Notes under the pieces: model-generated
Databases searched by the model: none
What the model was told of the DNA's origin: nothing
The model's input: the letters and a program-made list of their open reading frames with translations, nothing else
Made by a program: the position numbers and the translations under genes
Source: Squalus acanthias
Lineage: Eukaryota
Length of the DNA: 64,000 nucleotides
Assembly (NCBI GenBank): GCA_030390025.1
Contig: CM059425.1
Location: 170,192,001-170,256,000, forward strand
Direction: 5' to 3'
Shown here: positions 36,772 through 50,559 of the stretch, one piece after another
Numbering within the stretch: position 1 is the stretch's first letter
How the letters are laid out: every line of letters starts with the position of its first letter

Positions 36772-38583
36772 CTACAAGTGTTGGCCCAGTGGCTGCAGCA
36801 GGGCTGGTGGAAGGCTGCTGAGTGTCCGTGCGGGAGACTTCAGATGGCCTTGCAGGACGCCCTCGACCAGCTCTGGCCCTGGAAGACCCGGCTGTAGACT
36901 GCACCACCTCAGCATGGGCGGCAGCAGTCTGGGCTGATAGATGACAGGCAGCGACAAGGACAATGGCGGAGTGGCAGTGGTGGGAGCAGGAATGCTGTCA
37001 TCCTGAGAGAGGACAGCAGCTTCCTGCTCCACTGACCCACTGCCACTCCCCCGGGGGCAGCACCTCAGCATCCCTAGCAATCTGTTGGCCTGCTGCGACA
37101 CCGTGAAAGCCCCGGTGGACGGTGGTCAACCAAGCCACACTGGCAGCAGTCAGAGCTTGCGTGGCATCAAGCTGAGACTGCATGAGAGCAGTCTGAGATT
37201 GGATGCCACCAAGCATAGACAGCATTACAGCACTAAGACGTAGCGTCGCTTCTGCCTGTGCTGCAACGGAAGCTGCCTGATCGCTCATCACATGCAGCAT
37301 CAGGTCTGGGTCACCATGGTCACTCTGGGAGTCCACCATCCTTTGCAGACTGGAAATGATGGGCTCCATGGTGTGCACAGAGCCTTGTACAATGTTGGAG
37401 GCGGACTCCTCCATGCTCCTTATCATTGCTGAGAGGCTCTCGGGCACGCTTGCCATTGCACCTATCATCTCCGTGTGCATGCCCATCACCCTTCTTCTAA
37501 ACACCTCCCCATCGAGGTCCTCATCTGAGTCCTGTGCAGCAGAACTCGCCCTCTGTGGAGCTGGCCCCCGAGCTACCCTTTCTTCATGGCCTTGCTGCAG
37601 CCCACTCATCCCTGGTGCCTCACCCTGTGCAGACCCCACTACTATACTAGCCTCTAAAGAACGCATAGTGCCAGTATCTGAGCTGGTGCCTGCGGGTGAG
37701 ACATGCAGTGACGCGGTGTGTTCTTCCTCCTCCTCTTCTCCTGCCTCGCTCACTATGGTGCCCTCAGGGACAGGCTGCTCAGGTGCTTGCTGATTTTCTG
37801 AAAGCATAAAGGCACAAGAGTCGGGTTAAGGTGAGGGGAGGGGGGCAGGAAGGGAGAAATGCATGCATACAGCATGATTAGCTGGGAAGTGTGAAACACT
37901 TGTGGGGTGAGGGGGAAGTGGGATGTGAGGAGGAGTAGGGATGAACATACCGTTGTTGTCCCCAAGGCAGTCAACATTGCCAGTAGCCACAGCGCCCACC
38001 ACCTGGCGCCCAATAATCTGCAGCACTCTATTCTCCAGCGCAGACACTGGTTGGGTGTCGGCTTGTCCCCCACCTGTGCGCTCCTGCTCCCTTCTGTTGT
38101 GAGCCACCTTGGCCTGCAAGAGAAAGGAAAGTGTGTGAGTGAGTGTGGAGCAATGTGTTTGGGTGATGTGCCTGCCACAGTTGAATAGCTGTCATTGTGT
38201 GCAAGGTGTGAGATGTGGGTGTGAGTGTTGGTAGGTAGAGATTGTTGGTGGGTGAGTGCTGGGGGTCTGGTGCTTTGGGCAGTGTGTGCAGACTGTAGTT
38301 CAGATGGTGATATGTAGCATTTGTTGAAGCATTGACTCACCCTGACCACCCGAGTGAGGTTGTTAAATTTCTTCCTGCACTGTGTGTGGGACCTGGGGAC
38401 CACAGTACTGCCCGAGACCTGCTGGGCTTCCTCCCTCCACATGGTTTGGAAGACTTGCGGCGAGGGCCTCCTGACACTTGCTGGGTACAGCACCGCCCTC
38501 CGTCTCTCCACAGTGAAAACCAACGCCTCCAATACTTGATCACAGAATCTGCGGGCTCTCTCCCTGGGGCATGGATCTGCCTT
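36772..38583 (-). pseudogene. Harbinger Myb/SANT (trihelix) DNA-binding protein gene, 3 exons
   Basis: Exon 1 38583-38341 (RARRFCDQVLEALV...WREEAQQVS...RSHTQCRKKFNNL), exon 2 38113-37951, exon 3 from 37797. GT-AG junctions keep the frame. Confidence 0.85.
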
Positions 38584-39782
38584 GAGTACAGCTGTTTCAG
38601 TCCTCTGGCTCCTTCTCCTTGTCCTGCTGCTGCTTGCTGATGCAGCTGCACAGCCAGTAATGCTGAGAATGAGGTTCTGCAGTATCAATGAACCTCCCCT
38701 TTAAGAACTGGGATAAGCCTGTGGCAATCATGACTTGCGATTTGACTGCACCTGATATTGGTCCACCCTTTGAGTGTAACACCAATGAGCTTGGGCTTAA
38801 AGGCTTGAATTAGGTCTCCAATCATATCTTTGAGCAGCGAGAATGAATTTTGCGTGCAGTCTAAAGCATTAGCGCCTGGTGCTAATTCTCCAACTTTTCT
38901 AATGATACCGCCCATTCCTGGGCTATAATGAATTTCTAGCCCTAGATCTTGGCATCTTTCTTCAGTTCTCTGATCTTCATTCACATTTGTTTCCATGTTC
39001 TATGGGAGTTAGCATTAACTCCACTAACCACCTGGGGTAACCACCTTCTCCCATGCATTCTGGACTAATTTGCTCTGGGAAGGATGCCTTGCAGTACCAG
39101 ACAGGGCAGCCTTCGTTGCACTCAATTCATGCAGCAACACTGTTGTATCAGTGAACCTGACAGTTCTTTTACTCAAGGAAAAACCTCTTTTCTTAGACAA
39201 AGTAAGGCTGTACGGAACCCTTTAAATAACTGCAGCAGTGCAAAGATATTCCAATCAGGCGTTTGAAAACTTCCACCCGCCGGGTGGGTGGGAGTTCATC
39301 CTGCATAAGTAATAAACCTCAAATTCAGATATTTAAGTGGAAATGACCATGCACAGCAAGTCAGGTGGATCTCCCACTAAGCACTGTTTCCACTGTCAAT
39401 GTTCCCATGTCATTACGCCAGCATTTCTTGTAATTGGGAGAACATGCTCCCGCACTCACCCATTAAAATGAATGCGTGGGAGATCATAAGCTGTGTGCCT
39501 AAGATTGTTGGCCGCTGTCTGGTGGGACCACAGGACTATGGAATCACCCATGATCATTTTAGATCTGGGAATCCTTGCTCAGGATCCCTGATGCTTTTGG
39601 AATAAATGGAATCTTCTGTAAACTATACAGCTGGATTAAATACATTATTTGTCAGTTCTACTGTTTAACTGCCAATTTAGCAGCTTGAGGAGTAAGAAAG
39701 GAACATTTTTACAGCTCGATTCTGATTTCCCTGATTGCTTTAATGGGTTTATATTGCACAAAGTCATCTGCAACAACATTAG

Positions 39783-41306
39783 GGCTGCGAATTTAATGGA
39801 GGAGGCGGGATGGGGGCGGGAGAGCTGGTTTCCGGGTTCCGGTCCAGCTCCCAGCTCCAGCCGCTCTGTAGACGTGATTTTCCCTTGATTAGCCTGGTTA
39901 AGTCCGCCCTGCTGGGCTTCCCAGCCAGTTAACAGGAAGCGGGTCTGAAGACATCATTTGATGACGCGTCATCAGCCGGTTTCCTTAAAGGGACCACGTC
40001 CACATGGACTTTGACAGTTGTTCTGTCAGTGTTCTATAGCATTGAGGTGCTGCAAACACTGACAATCACTGCACAAAGGTGAACACTTGCATCCAGACTC
40101 TCCAATGACTCCCTCCATATGCTTATGGAGGGAGTCACAGCATGCAGGGAGGTTCTCTTCCCTTCCAAGGGCGGAAGAGACCTCCCCAGAACATCAACTT
40201 ACCTTGCACCACCACCCAACCCTCTCTATCTACTTTATCACTTCCCCATCTCACTAACCAACCCTCACACTCAACCTCATCCTACTGCAAGCATACCAAC
40301 TAACAACACACAAGGGTAGGCACTTGAGAGGTTTAGCCAATGTCCATGTGAAGTTTCTGGTAATGTGTTGTCATACAGTGAAATCTATTTTTCCAAAACT
40401 GACCCTTATTGGACAGATCTGAGCGCACCTTGAGAAGTGTCTTACTGAGTTCCAGTGATTGTTCAGTCATAACTTCCCCCCAGCCCCCCACCCCGCTATA
40501 GTGATGAGTGTGCATGGAATGGCTTGGACATTAAAGGGATGCTTCACGGTGCTGGTGTGGGATGGTGTCACCCTGGCGCATCATGTGGCAGCCAGGGTTT
40601 ACAGCATCAAGTGAAGAAAATCTGGCCATGGTGATGCCATCGCTGGCCTCCAGGGCAGCAATGTTGTCAGGGGCTGATGCCCTGTGTCCAGTGCAGCATC
40701 TGTTGTTGTTGATGTTGGTGTGCCTGGTGATGTGGTGTTGGGGATGATTGTGGAAGGATTTGGAGGACCATGGTGTGATTGTTTCATTGGCTCCGATATT
40801 GCTGCAATAGATGGCAGTTGCAGGTGAGATGACAGAAGCGATCTGTCAATGGTGAGAGAGGTTCTCCCAATGAGGTGGCACTGGACATACAGTTGGATCT
40901 AAAAACTTGTAAGCTAAAGAAATCTCTATATGTATAAAAAATGCAGTAACCAACATTTTCTGTGCTCTGAAACTCACCATCTGCAACATGGCATCCTTGA
41001 CACCACTTCTGCAGCTGTCATCTTTTCACAAACATCAGAGCAGACTCAAAACACGCCAGATTGAGCTGGCATGTTCCCCGAACAGCGGGTAACTCGTGGG
41101 GGAGAAGGTAAAATTAGAGGTAAGCTTCAAAATAGTCTTAAATTGGCTCTTAACAAGCATTTTAACAAGCTGAATTGTATCCCCACCGCTAGGTGTCGGG
41201 TCAGTTCTCCGCTGACAGACCCGACACCTGGGAGACTCGCGTGGAGGCAGGTTGACAATGGACCTACCTCTAAACCCACCCCCTCAGCGCTATTAAATTC
41301 GCGGCC
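39783..41306 (+). mobile_element. Non-autonomous Harbinger family A copy 3
   Basis: TIRs ggctgcgaatttaat / attaaattcgcggcc (14/15) with flanks tag/tat. Very similar to 638-2319 apart from a deletion at ~40190. Confidence 0.9.
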
Positions 41307-44300
41307 TATGTGTTCCTGTTATTTTAATTTGGGTCTGTTAAAACCAATGAAGTAAGACCTTATTGATGTGCAGCCATTCTGCTGGTCCCGAATGGGTTAA
41401 CTAAGATTTCTATAGGGAAAAGTATCAGACCACAAGAGCTGCAGTTCAGATCTAAATCATAGCAGCTAAATAAGCATCCTTCAAAAACATAAAATGTTAT
41501 AATTTTTTTTCTATTTTCAGTTGTCTTACTGGGAGTGAATTGAAAAAAGTAGATCAATAAGAATCCCAGCAAGACCAATTCCTGCAATAAATATCCTGAA
41601 CCCCAGTCAATTGACTGGTCCAGTTAATGCTTTACCAAGAGACTTTCTACAACAAATTAATGGAAGATTTTGTTGTATTTTGGTGAGAGCAGAGGGCTCA
41701 AAGGATTACTGCCAAAGTTGTTTTGTACACTTATCACATAGACTGCTTCAACCTAATGTGTATCTCCAGCTTTTTAAAAGTGTTTGACACCTACTGTTGT
41801 ATCACGACATATTGGCAAAAGTCCATTGTTGGACTAATCAAACCAATGACTGGAATAAATGGCGAAGTTACTATCTGCATGTCAGACAAATGAGTCACCA
41901 GCTTTCAATACCGGATGTAATTTTATAACAAATGCAATAGGAGGCACTTCTTGTTTTTAAGATGGATTATGTAGATATGCTGATGGAAATTAAATACAAT
42001 TTATTTCTAAATATTCATTGCTAAATAAATTCCTTTAGTTGACTATTTATTCAAATAAATGTTGACCTACCTGTCATTAACACTAAAAAAAAGTTCAGGA
42101 ATCCCTTCATTCCCCATACGGGGATCGGCACTCAGCATCTTTTGGCCCAAATTATATTGTGTTCAGATTTTTTGAAAATCAAATCCTGGTGATGAAATGG
42201 GGAATTAATCTAGTTCTGTGGCAATGTAATAAGGGAGTGCAATATGATAAGGAACACCCTGATGACCCAGTGGAACTACTCACCTAGCATGCCTGGCAGT
42301 CTAGTGGGTTGAGAGTAAAACTTTCTTGGAGTATTAGGGAAAGTTTGCTTGCCCTTGTATAGGCAGTTGGTTTGGCCTAAAGGTTTGCATTCAGAAAATC
42401 CATGGAGAAGTTAAGGGTTGCCCACTCTTGTTAATATTTTCTCCTCATTTGATTATTCTGAACTAGTTTTCACTGTTACTATCACAGATAGTCAATTTTA
42501 TATTTGACTTGAATTCAGAGACACACTTTGGAACTTTTTTTGTTAGACTTAAATAAAATAACTTCTAACAGGAATTTGGCTGGAAAGGATTGGTTTATAA
42601 AATGTCTTTGGTAGGTAAGAACACTCATGTCACGTAGATTCTGAATGCTTAGAAGCCAGCTAAACTGTTTGCATGCAGCTCTTTAATTCAGAGATGCCCT
42701 CTGATAGAGCATTGCAAATAAAAGAAAACAGTTGTCAGAGATAGTTGATTTATTAAGGTGTTAAAATGTTGTTCAATTTCTGATTTTATCTTCTAAGAAT
42801 GTTAAAGGCATTCTCCCTATAAAACCTCAAAAAGCCCCTGGTTGAGAAAGGAAATTGATTACATTTTCTGAAGAACACGTTTACTGCACTGTAGTTGAAT
42901 GAACATCCATTTTGATGAAAAATCACTATGCAGGATAATATACAAAAAGATGTTTTCTTTTTTATTGAGCAGAAAAAAAAGTCATTGGGCAGGTTCTTGG
43001 AGTTATTGTTATATATAAGGTAAGATGTTCTTTTAAAGGAATTGTCTTTTGGATTATAGTAGGCCCAGGGGGTTTATCCGTTGTATTTTATCTCTGAGGT
43101 TCCAAGTATGAATTCTGCTAAAGCCAAAAGGTATGTAACATTTGTCTAAAGGTGATAAAGTTAACTCATACAATGCGTAATGTACATAAAACTGTACATG
43201 ACCCTACCATAAATTAATCTTTCTTTAGCTTTTCAGCTTGCAGTGTCATAAGGGAAAACCATCCTTACTTTTATGGAATTAAATGTTTGCTATGCTTTGA
43301 GATTTTCTCTTTCCTTGTTAAATTGTTACGGTTGTGATAAGAGTGGATTTCATGACATTATTATTATAATTAGGATGACTTTAGCAGAGTTTGTCTCACA
43401 CTTAAGGCTCTTCTATTATTTCTTTTTTGATGTCCTCATTGACAATATAACATTGCGCATGCGTGTGCATTTCAGCATGTGGGGGGCGGGCTGTGAAATA
43501 GTTTCAGTTATAAGATTATACAATTTTCCATTTTAATGTTCCGAAGAGTGAGTTTCTGTGACATGAAACGCAAATTCCCCTTGTAAACCTTGAACCACAT
43601 TGATACACTAGAGGTTTGCCCACTCTAAACATTACTCTAAAAAAATAATTTTATTGTGACTATGATACTGCCATATAATGGCCATTTCCGCCCTTATAAA
43701 TGATCCTTGGAGCCAAGCATTTTGCATGTTATGATGAGATGTCGACAGTAGTGAGTGTCCCATAACACGGCATTAAACATAGTATCAAAAAATTGGGAGA
43801 AAAGGTCCAGTAGTCTTCTAACAGAAGCAGCAATATAATTGAAAACTTTTTAATGAGGGTAGGATACATTGTGCTCCAAATAAATTCTCAAACTGTAGAG
43901 TTTTATTTAATGCCTAAGGTATCCATTAACCGATTGGAAGTGAAGGCGCAATTGATCATTAGTAATTGGATGTAAAAGGACTCTTTCTCATGCAACTCTT
44001 AGACAACTTCATGAGAAAGCAATGAAGGGAGGGGTCATTATATATGATGGGGAAGCTTAACAACGCTTTAAAACATTATGGAGCAGGAGAATTTGGGTTA
44101 GCTTCAAAGGTAAACTCATAAATATCGCAAGTTTCTTATGAAAAAGATCAGTAATTCAACAAGCTACCAAAAGAGGATCTCGGGGAGTGTCTCCTCAGAA
44201 GTTTGTAAACTCATTAGAATCAATTTTCACTTTCGGTGTGGGCAGTAAACTGGCAATTGTGGTACGCCCGGCCCAATTTTCAGGATTTCTTTCCAATTAA

Positions 44301-44428
44301 TTCTCAGGATATGAGCAGGGCTGCAATTTATTGCCCATCTCTAGATTCCCCAAGAAAGTGGTGGTGAGCCTTCTTCTTGCCAACTGAGTGGCATGCTAGG
44401 CCACTTCAGAGGGCACTTAAGAATCATA

Positions 44429-44950
44429 GGGGGTGAAATTCCATAGCGCTAAAAAATGGGTGCAGGCATCATGATGCGTGATATGCCCATGCCCGTTCAA
44501 GGAACGCAGGCAGCATGTCAACTTCGTGCTGCCTGCTAATTATAATGATTGTAGCGCACAGCCCAGCACTGAACGCGCTGCTGAAAGGCTGTGTGCTCAG
44601 CAGGGGGCCAAAGTTTTCAATGTTCGAGCGAGGCTATCTTTACTTAAAGCTAGCCTGTGCCTCTTAAAAGCAGTCTGCACCTTTTAAAGGTGAGCTGCCT
44701 TCTGCTGATCAAAAATGTTAAACGCGCTTCAGCACTAACCCAAATGGCTCAACAGGCTAGGCAAAGGTCTGGACGCAGGGTCTCGGACACAGCACTCGAG
44801 CTTTGTGCAGGCAGTGAACACTGGAAGAGAGGTCCTCTAACTACAGGGAGGCCAGGAGGCCCTTCAGAAAGAAGGATGTGGGTCCAGATTGCCGAAGCGG
44901 TCACAGCCAGCAGTGTTGCCCCAGGACCTGTTACAATGCCCAAAGAAGTT
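44429..44950 (+). mobile_element. Harbinger left end with Myb exon-1 fragment
   Basis: Terminus gggggtgaaatt; MAQQARQRSGRRVSDTALEL...WVQIAEAVTASSVAP. Confidence 0.7.
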
Positions 44951-45046
44951 TCATGGCGGCTGGCGTCGCTGCAGTGCATCCACAAGGCTGAGAGCTACGT
45001 GGATAGCACATTTCAGGAGGTGGTCACCCCGCTTAAGAGTTTGTAG

Positions 45047-45503
45047 ACATAGGAACATAGGAACAGTAGGCCATTCAGTGCCTCAAGCCTGTTCCGCCAT
45101 TACATGAGATCATGGCTGATCTGCAATCTAACTCGATATACCTGCCTTTGGCCCATATCCCTTAATACCTTTGGTTAACAGAAAGCTATCAATCTCCGAT
45201 TTAAAATTAACAGTTGATCTAGCATCAATTGCTATTTGCAGAAGAGAGTTCCAAACTTCTACCACCCTTTGTGTGTAGAAGTGTTTCCCAATTTCACTCC
45301 TGAAAGGTCTGGCTCTAATTTTTAGACTATGCCCCAGTCCTAGAATCCCAACCAACGGAAATAGTTTCTCTCTATCTACCCTATCTGTTCCCTTTAATAT
45401 CCAGAAAACTTCAATCAGATCACCCCTTAACCTTCTAAATTCTAGGGAATACAACCCTAATTTGTGTAATCTCTCCTCGTAACTTAACCCTTGAAGTCCG
45501 GGA
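45047..45503 (-). mobile_element. CR1 3'-end insertion inside CR1 ORF1
   Basis: GLSYEERL...FYTQRVV and an (aacatagg)n tail; the flanking ORF1 rejoins across it. Confidence 0.85.
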
Positions 45504-47153
45504 CAGAGAGGGAATGGGTGACCACCAGGCAAACAAGGAGGACCAGGCAGGTCATGCAGGAGTCCCCTGAGTGCACCTCGCTCTCTAACCAGAATACTGG
45601 TGAGAGCGATGGTTCCTCTGGGGAGTACAGCCAGAGCCAAGGCCACGGCACCATGGGTGGCTCAGCCGAACAAGGGGGGAGGAGGAAGGTCAGAAAAGCA
45701 ATAGTGATAGGAGATTCAATAGTTAGGGGAACAGACAGGTGTTTCTGTGGCCAGAGACGTGACTCCAGGATGGTATGTTGGCTCCCTGGTGCCAGGGTCA
45801 AGGATGTCACTGAGCGGCTGCAGGATTTTCTAAGGGGGGAGGGTGAACAGCCAGAGGTCATGGTGGTCCATATCAGTACCAATGACATAGGTAGAAAGAG
45901 GAAAGAGGTCCTGCAGGCTGATTTTAGGGAGCTAAGAAAGAGATTATTAAGCAGGACCTCCCAGGATTACTCCTGGTGCTACGCGCTACTGAGTACAGAA
46001 ATAGGAGGATAGAGCAGATGAATGCGTGGCTGGAAAGATGGTGCAGGAGAGAGGACTTTAGATTCCTGAGGCATTGGAACCAGTTCTGGGGGAGGTGGGA
46101 CCTGTACAAGCCGGACAGGTTGCACCTCAACAGGGCTGCGGATCAATATCCTCGTTGTGGGGGTGGGGGGAATGTTGCTAGTGCTATTTGAGAGGGTTTA
46201 AACTAGCTTGGCAGGTGGATGAGAACCTGGGCATAGATTCAGAAGGGAGAGAAGCAAAGCTGGAAATGGAATGCAGAAAATTAGTAAGTGAGTTTGGAAG
46301 GCAGAGGAAACAAAGGCTAGAAAATAGACAAAATAGGGGTTCGGCAGTGCTTAATGGTATATACTTCAATGCAAGGAGTCTAGTGAATAAGGCAGATGAG
46401 CTGAGGGCACAGATATACATGAGGAAGTATGATACCATAGCTATTACTGAAACATGGCTGAAAGAAGGGCAGGAATGGCAACTCAACATTCCTGGTTACA
46501 GGGTTTTCAGATGAGATAGAACGGGGGTAAAAAAGGAAGGGGTCGCAATATTGGTTAAAGAAACAATTACAGCTGTGAGGAGGGATGTTATGTTAGAAGG
46601 TTCATCAAATGAGGCCATATGGGTTGAAGTGAAAAACAAAAAAGGGGCAATCACACTGCTGGGAGTGTATTATAAACCACCAAATAGTCAGAGGGAGATA
46701 GAAGAACAAATATGTAGGCAAAGTTCTGAGAAGTGCAAAAACAATAGGGCAGTAATAGTAGGGGATTTCAGCTACCCTAATATTAACTGGGATAGAATCA
46801 ACATAAAAGGTATAAAGGGTGCAGAATTCTTAAAATGCATTCAGGATAACGTTTTTAGCCAGTACGTAGCAAGCTCAACAAGGTGGTTCTGTACATAGTT
46901 TTATGGAATGAAGCTGGGCAGGTGGAAAGGGTATCAGTGGGAGAGCATTTTGGTGGTAGTGATCATAATTCAATTAGATTTAGTGTAGTTATGGAAAAAG
47001 ACAAAGATAGACCAGGAGTAAAAGTTCTCAATTGGGGAAAGGTCAATTTTACTAAGCTGAGATGTGATTTAGCAAAAGTGGACTGAAAACAGCTACTTGA
47101 AGATAAATCAGTGTCAGAGCAGTGGGAGGCATTCAAGGAGGAGATAGTGAGGG

Positions 47154-47875
47154 ATTTGAACCTGAAATGAGCTTCCGACCACATATCCGCGGCATAACTA
47201 AGACCGCCTATTTTCACCTTCGTAACATTGCCCGTCTCTGCCCCTGCCTCAGCTCATCTGCTGCTGAAACCCTCATCCATGCCTTTGTTACCTCTAGACT
47301 TGACTATTCCAACGCACTCCTGGCTGGCCTCCCACATTCTACCCTACTTAAACTCAAGTTCATCCAAAACTCGGCTGCCCGTGTCCTAACTCGCACCAAG
47401 TCCCATTCATCCATCACCCCTATACTCACTAACCTCCATTGGCTCTCAGTTAAGCAACACCTCGATTTCAAAATTCTCATCCTTGTTTTCAAATCCCTCC
47501 ATGGCCTCACCCCTCCCTATCTCTGTAACCTCCTCCAGCTCCCAACCCCCCCCCCCCACCCCCGAGATACATGCACTCCTCAAATGTTACCCTCTTGAGC
47601 ATCCCTGATTATAATCGCTCAACCATCGGTGGCCGTGCCTTCAGCTGCCTAGGCCCTAAGCTCTGGAACTCCCCCACTAAACCTCGCTATCTCTCTTTCC
47701 TCCTTTAAGACACTCCTTAAAACCTACCTCTTTGACCAAGCTTTTGGTCTTCTGCCCTAATTTCTTCTTATGTGGCTCGGTGTCAAATTTTTGTCTTATA
47801 ACACTCCTGTGAAGCGCCTTGGGATGTTTTACTACGTTAAAGGCGCTATATAAATACAAGCTGTTGTTGTTGTTC
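47154..47875 (+). mobile_element. 5'-truncated L2 LINE
   Basis: AETLIHAFVTSRLDYSNALL, IQNSAAR and LHWL; 3' end ggcgctatataaatacaag followed by (gtt)n. Confidence 0.9.
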
Positions 47876-48954
47876 TTATGTACCAGGAATGAGGGACTTC
47901 AATTATGTGGAGAGACTGGAGAAGCTGGGATTGATCTCCTTAGAGCAGAGAAGGTTAAGGAGATAATTTGATAGAGATGTTCAAAATGATGAATGGTTTT
48001 GATAGAGTAAATAAAGAGAAACTGTTTCCAGTGGCAGAAAGGTCAGTAACCAGAGGCGACATGAGGAAACATTTTTTTACACAGCGAGTTGTGATCTGGA
48101 CTGCACTGCCTGAAAGGGTGGTGGAAGCAGATTCAATAGTATCATTCAAAGGAGAATTTCATAAATAAATTTACAGGGCTATGGGGAAAGAGCAGGGGAG
48201 TGAGATTAATTGGATAGCTCTACCAAACAGCCGGCACAGGCACAATGGGCCGAATGCCCTCCTTCTGTGCAGTATGATTCAAAGTTCAACCAGGTGTTGG
48301 AGCGTGCCTCGTTTGCTAGATTTTTTTCCTCACCTTTCAGCTCAACACAGGTCAATGGGGCAACTGGGACCTTGGTGAACAACAAACCAATGGGATTTAA
48401 GGTTAGAGAAAGAAACAGGGGAACAATGGAGCAGGAAATAGGATGAATTAGATACAGAAAGAAAAATAAAGAGAGGGAATGAAAGATGGGATTCAAGAGA
48501 GAGAGAGAGAAAAGAGACAGAAAGGAAAAGTAAGAAAAAACATTTTTTTATTTTAAAAACGTATAGGAACAATTTACATCTATGCACAGTTTCAATTGTT
48601 CCCTTTCTGGGCTGGAGAGGTTCAGTGATATTGCAGGAACATAAATCTCATCATTAAAAGGGTCCTTATGCCATTAAGTACTAGCCCTAACTTTCTGCGG
48701 CAAGTTTAATTTGTTGCAACAGTGCAAATTCAGGAATTTCTTCAAACTCATGGAGAGTTTGACGTTGAGCTCCCGTTTTCGCGAAGCTAACAGCAGAACA
48801 GCGCAAATTGTCCAGCAGTTTGTGACTGTTCGCAACTCACGGTGTATTACTTCCTCGCCACAAATTGCTGGATTATTTATACACTAATAACAGCATCCAA
48901 ATTAAACTCGCCATTATTTTCCCAGCAACTTCTGGGCCAATCACTCTAACAGGA

Positions 48955-50000
48955 CAGTGCTGTTTGTGTATCTTGGGGAAGAGATAGAAACGAGCAATAC
49001 AGGGTTGTGGAGCTATGAGGTCAGAGGAAGATCTTCAGCAGAGATGAGATCGGTGGCAGTGTGGCTTAATGTTTGGTGGTGGTCATGGTCCAGAGGGAAA
49101 CAGGAGGAGTCATCAGCTGCTTTGTCTCAGCAAGGTAGAGATCCTTCCACTGTACAACAAAGGCACCTCAGCAGGTTTGATGGTGATGTTGGGGTTTGAA
49201 CTGATGGAACAGAGTACTGCAAGTTCAAAAGGCAATGGATTAGAGTGAATAAACAAAGTGGAGAAACTGAAACAGCTCATCTCATGGTAGCAGTTCTCGA
49301 TGAAAATATTGAGAGAAGGCACGAGACTAGAGGGAGGGATCCAAATGGATTATAAAGGCTGGAGACAGGAGAAAGGATAATATGTATGAGGTGGGCCCTT
49401 TTGGCCAATAGAAATGCAGAAAGATGAAAACAATAGAAGAAGAGCTTGGAATTCATTGAGGTGGGGCGTAGGGGGTGAACCTGATCGTCTTATTGAGAAG
49501 AGATTCTTTGGGGTCAGAAAAGGGAAGGTCAGAGGGAATGGTGAAAATGGTAGTTAGAAGGAGAGATAGGGTCAGAAGGGGATGAGGGGGAAGAGGAATC
49601 GGGAGGAAGGATGTCATCAAAGAGTTGTTTGAGTTTTCAGCCCTTCTTACCTGAAAGGAAGAAAACATTTTTTTGTTAAACTGTTGAATGGGATGAAAGA
49701 TGATACAGAACTAAGGACCAGGACAGCTGTGAAATAAAGTGAGCCAGTGCTGCTGAAGAAAGATTTCATGCATGAGGTGGTGCATTGTGGAGAGGATGGA
49801 TTTCATGTAGCAGGAAGAGCAGAAGTTCGAAGTATGTTAAATATCACTGAGATATCAGTGATCAGGGTTAGGGGTCCATGTGGAATGAGTCAGAGTTTGT
49901 GCTAAGAAGAAAGATGTGGCTGTAAAACTGGATCTTAGCAAATGCCTGATTAATAACAAGGGAGAGACACAGCAATGAAGATGAATGGGGTAAAGAGACA
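48955..50000 (-). mobile_element. Old degenerate Penelope-like element (5' ORF region)
   Basis: The reverse complement is colinear with 60080-61000, e.g. ttttcaccattccctctgaccttcccttttctgacccc and ccccacctcaatgaattc. Confidence 0.75.
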
Positions 50001-50559
50001 GACAGAAATTGTAATGAAGAGAAGACCAGAACTTCTTCAAAGTTGGCAGTTCGTAAACCACCTGATAACAGATCAAAGGTTAGGCTGCAGCCTAGAGTAC
50101 AGAATGTGCTTTACAGCTGTTTCTGAGATCATGTGAGAAGAAAACAGGGCCATTGGTTGACTGGAGCCCTCTGTGATAGATAGCTTGTGGTTAGGGACTT
50201 TCTCTTACACATTTATATTGGCAATGCACAATCAGTTTTTGGTCAGCAGTCAGTGGGTGAGACTCACAGCCAAGAGCTACAATGCTATTTGTTTTCAAAG
50301 TCAGTGCCTGTCTAGCCAGGGATATAGGTTAATAAGTATTTACAATTGGTGGATTTCTGTTTAGACTCTATGGGATCCTCCACTACTGACTCCACCTAAG
50401 TAGGCTCAAAGCCTCCAGGTTTTTGTGCTTCCCTCCAACTTAGCTAAACTCCTTTAACTATTCACACATTTCCTGGTCTCATATATGTCTTTTATTTCTC
50501 CAATTTCTCTCATCATGCCTCCTTTTATCTTACACTTTTATCTTACACTATTATTACTT

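Larger units (their letters stand above)
34393..38942. mobile_element. Composite PIF/Harbinger element (family A left half + transposase/Myb right half)
   Basis: Termini gggctggatttt / aatttctagccc with flanks tac/tag. Homology to family A stops at ~35835, where transposase sequence begins. Confidence 0.8.
44955..48280 (+). mobile_element. CR1 LINE (ORF1, APE, 3' end) with nested insertions; RT largely missing
   Basis: VDSTFQEVVTP, IGDSIVRG, FNARSL/AITETWL and GSDHN, with the 3' end at 47878-48280. Confidence 0.85.

Noticed and set aside
43444..43702. Promoter-like cluster (tgcgcatgcg, GC boxes, tataaa)
   Set aside because: These are short motifs only, with no CpG island or linked exon.
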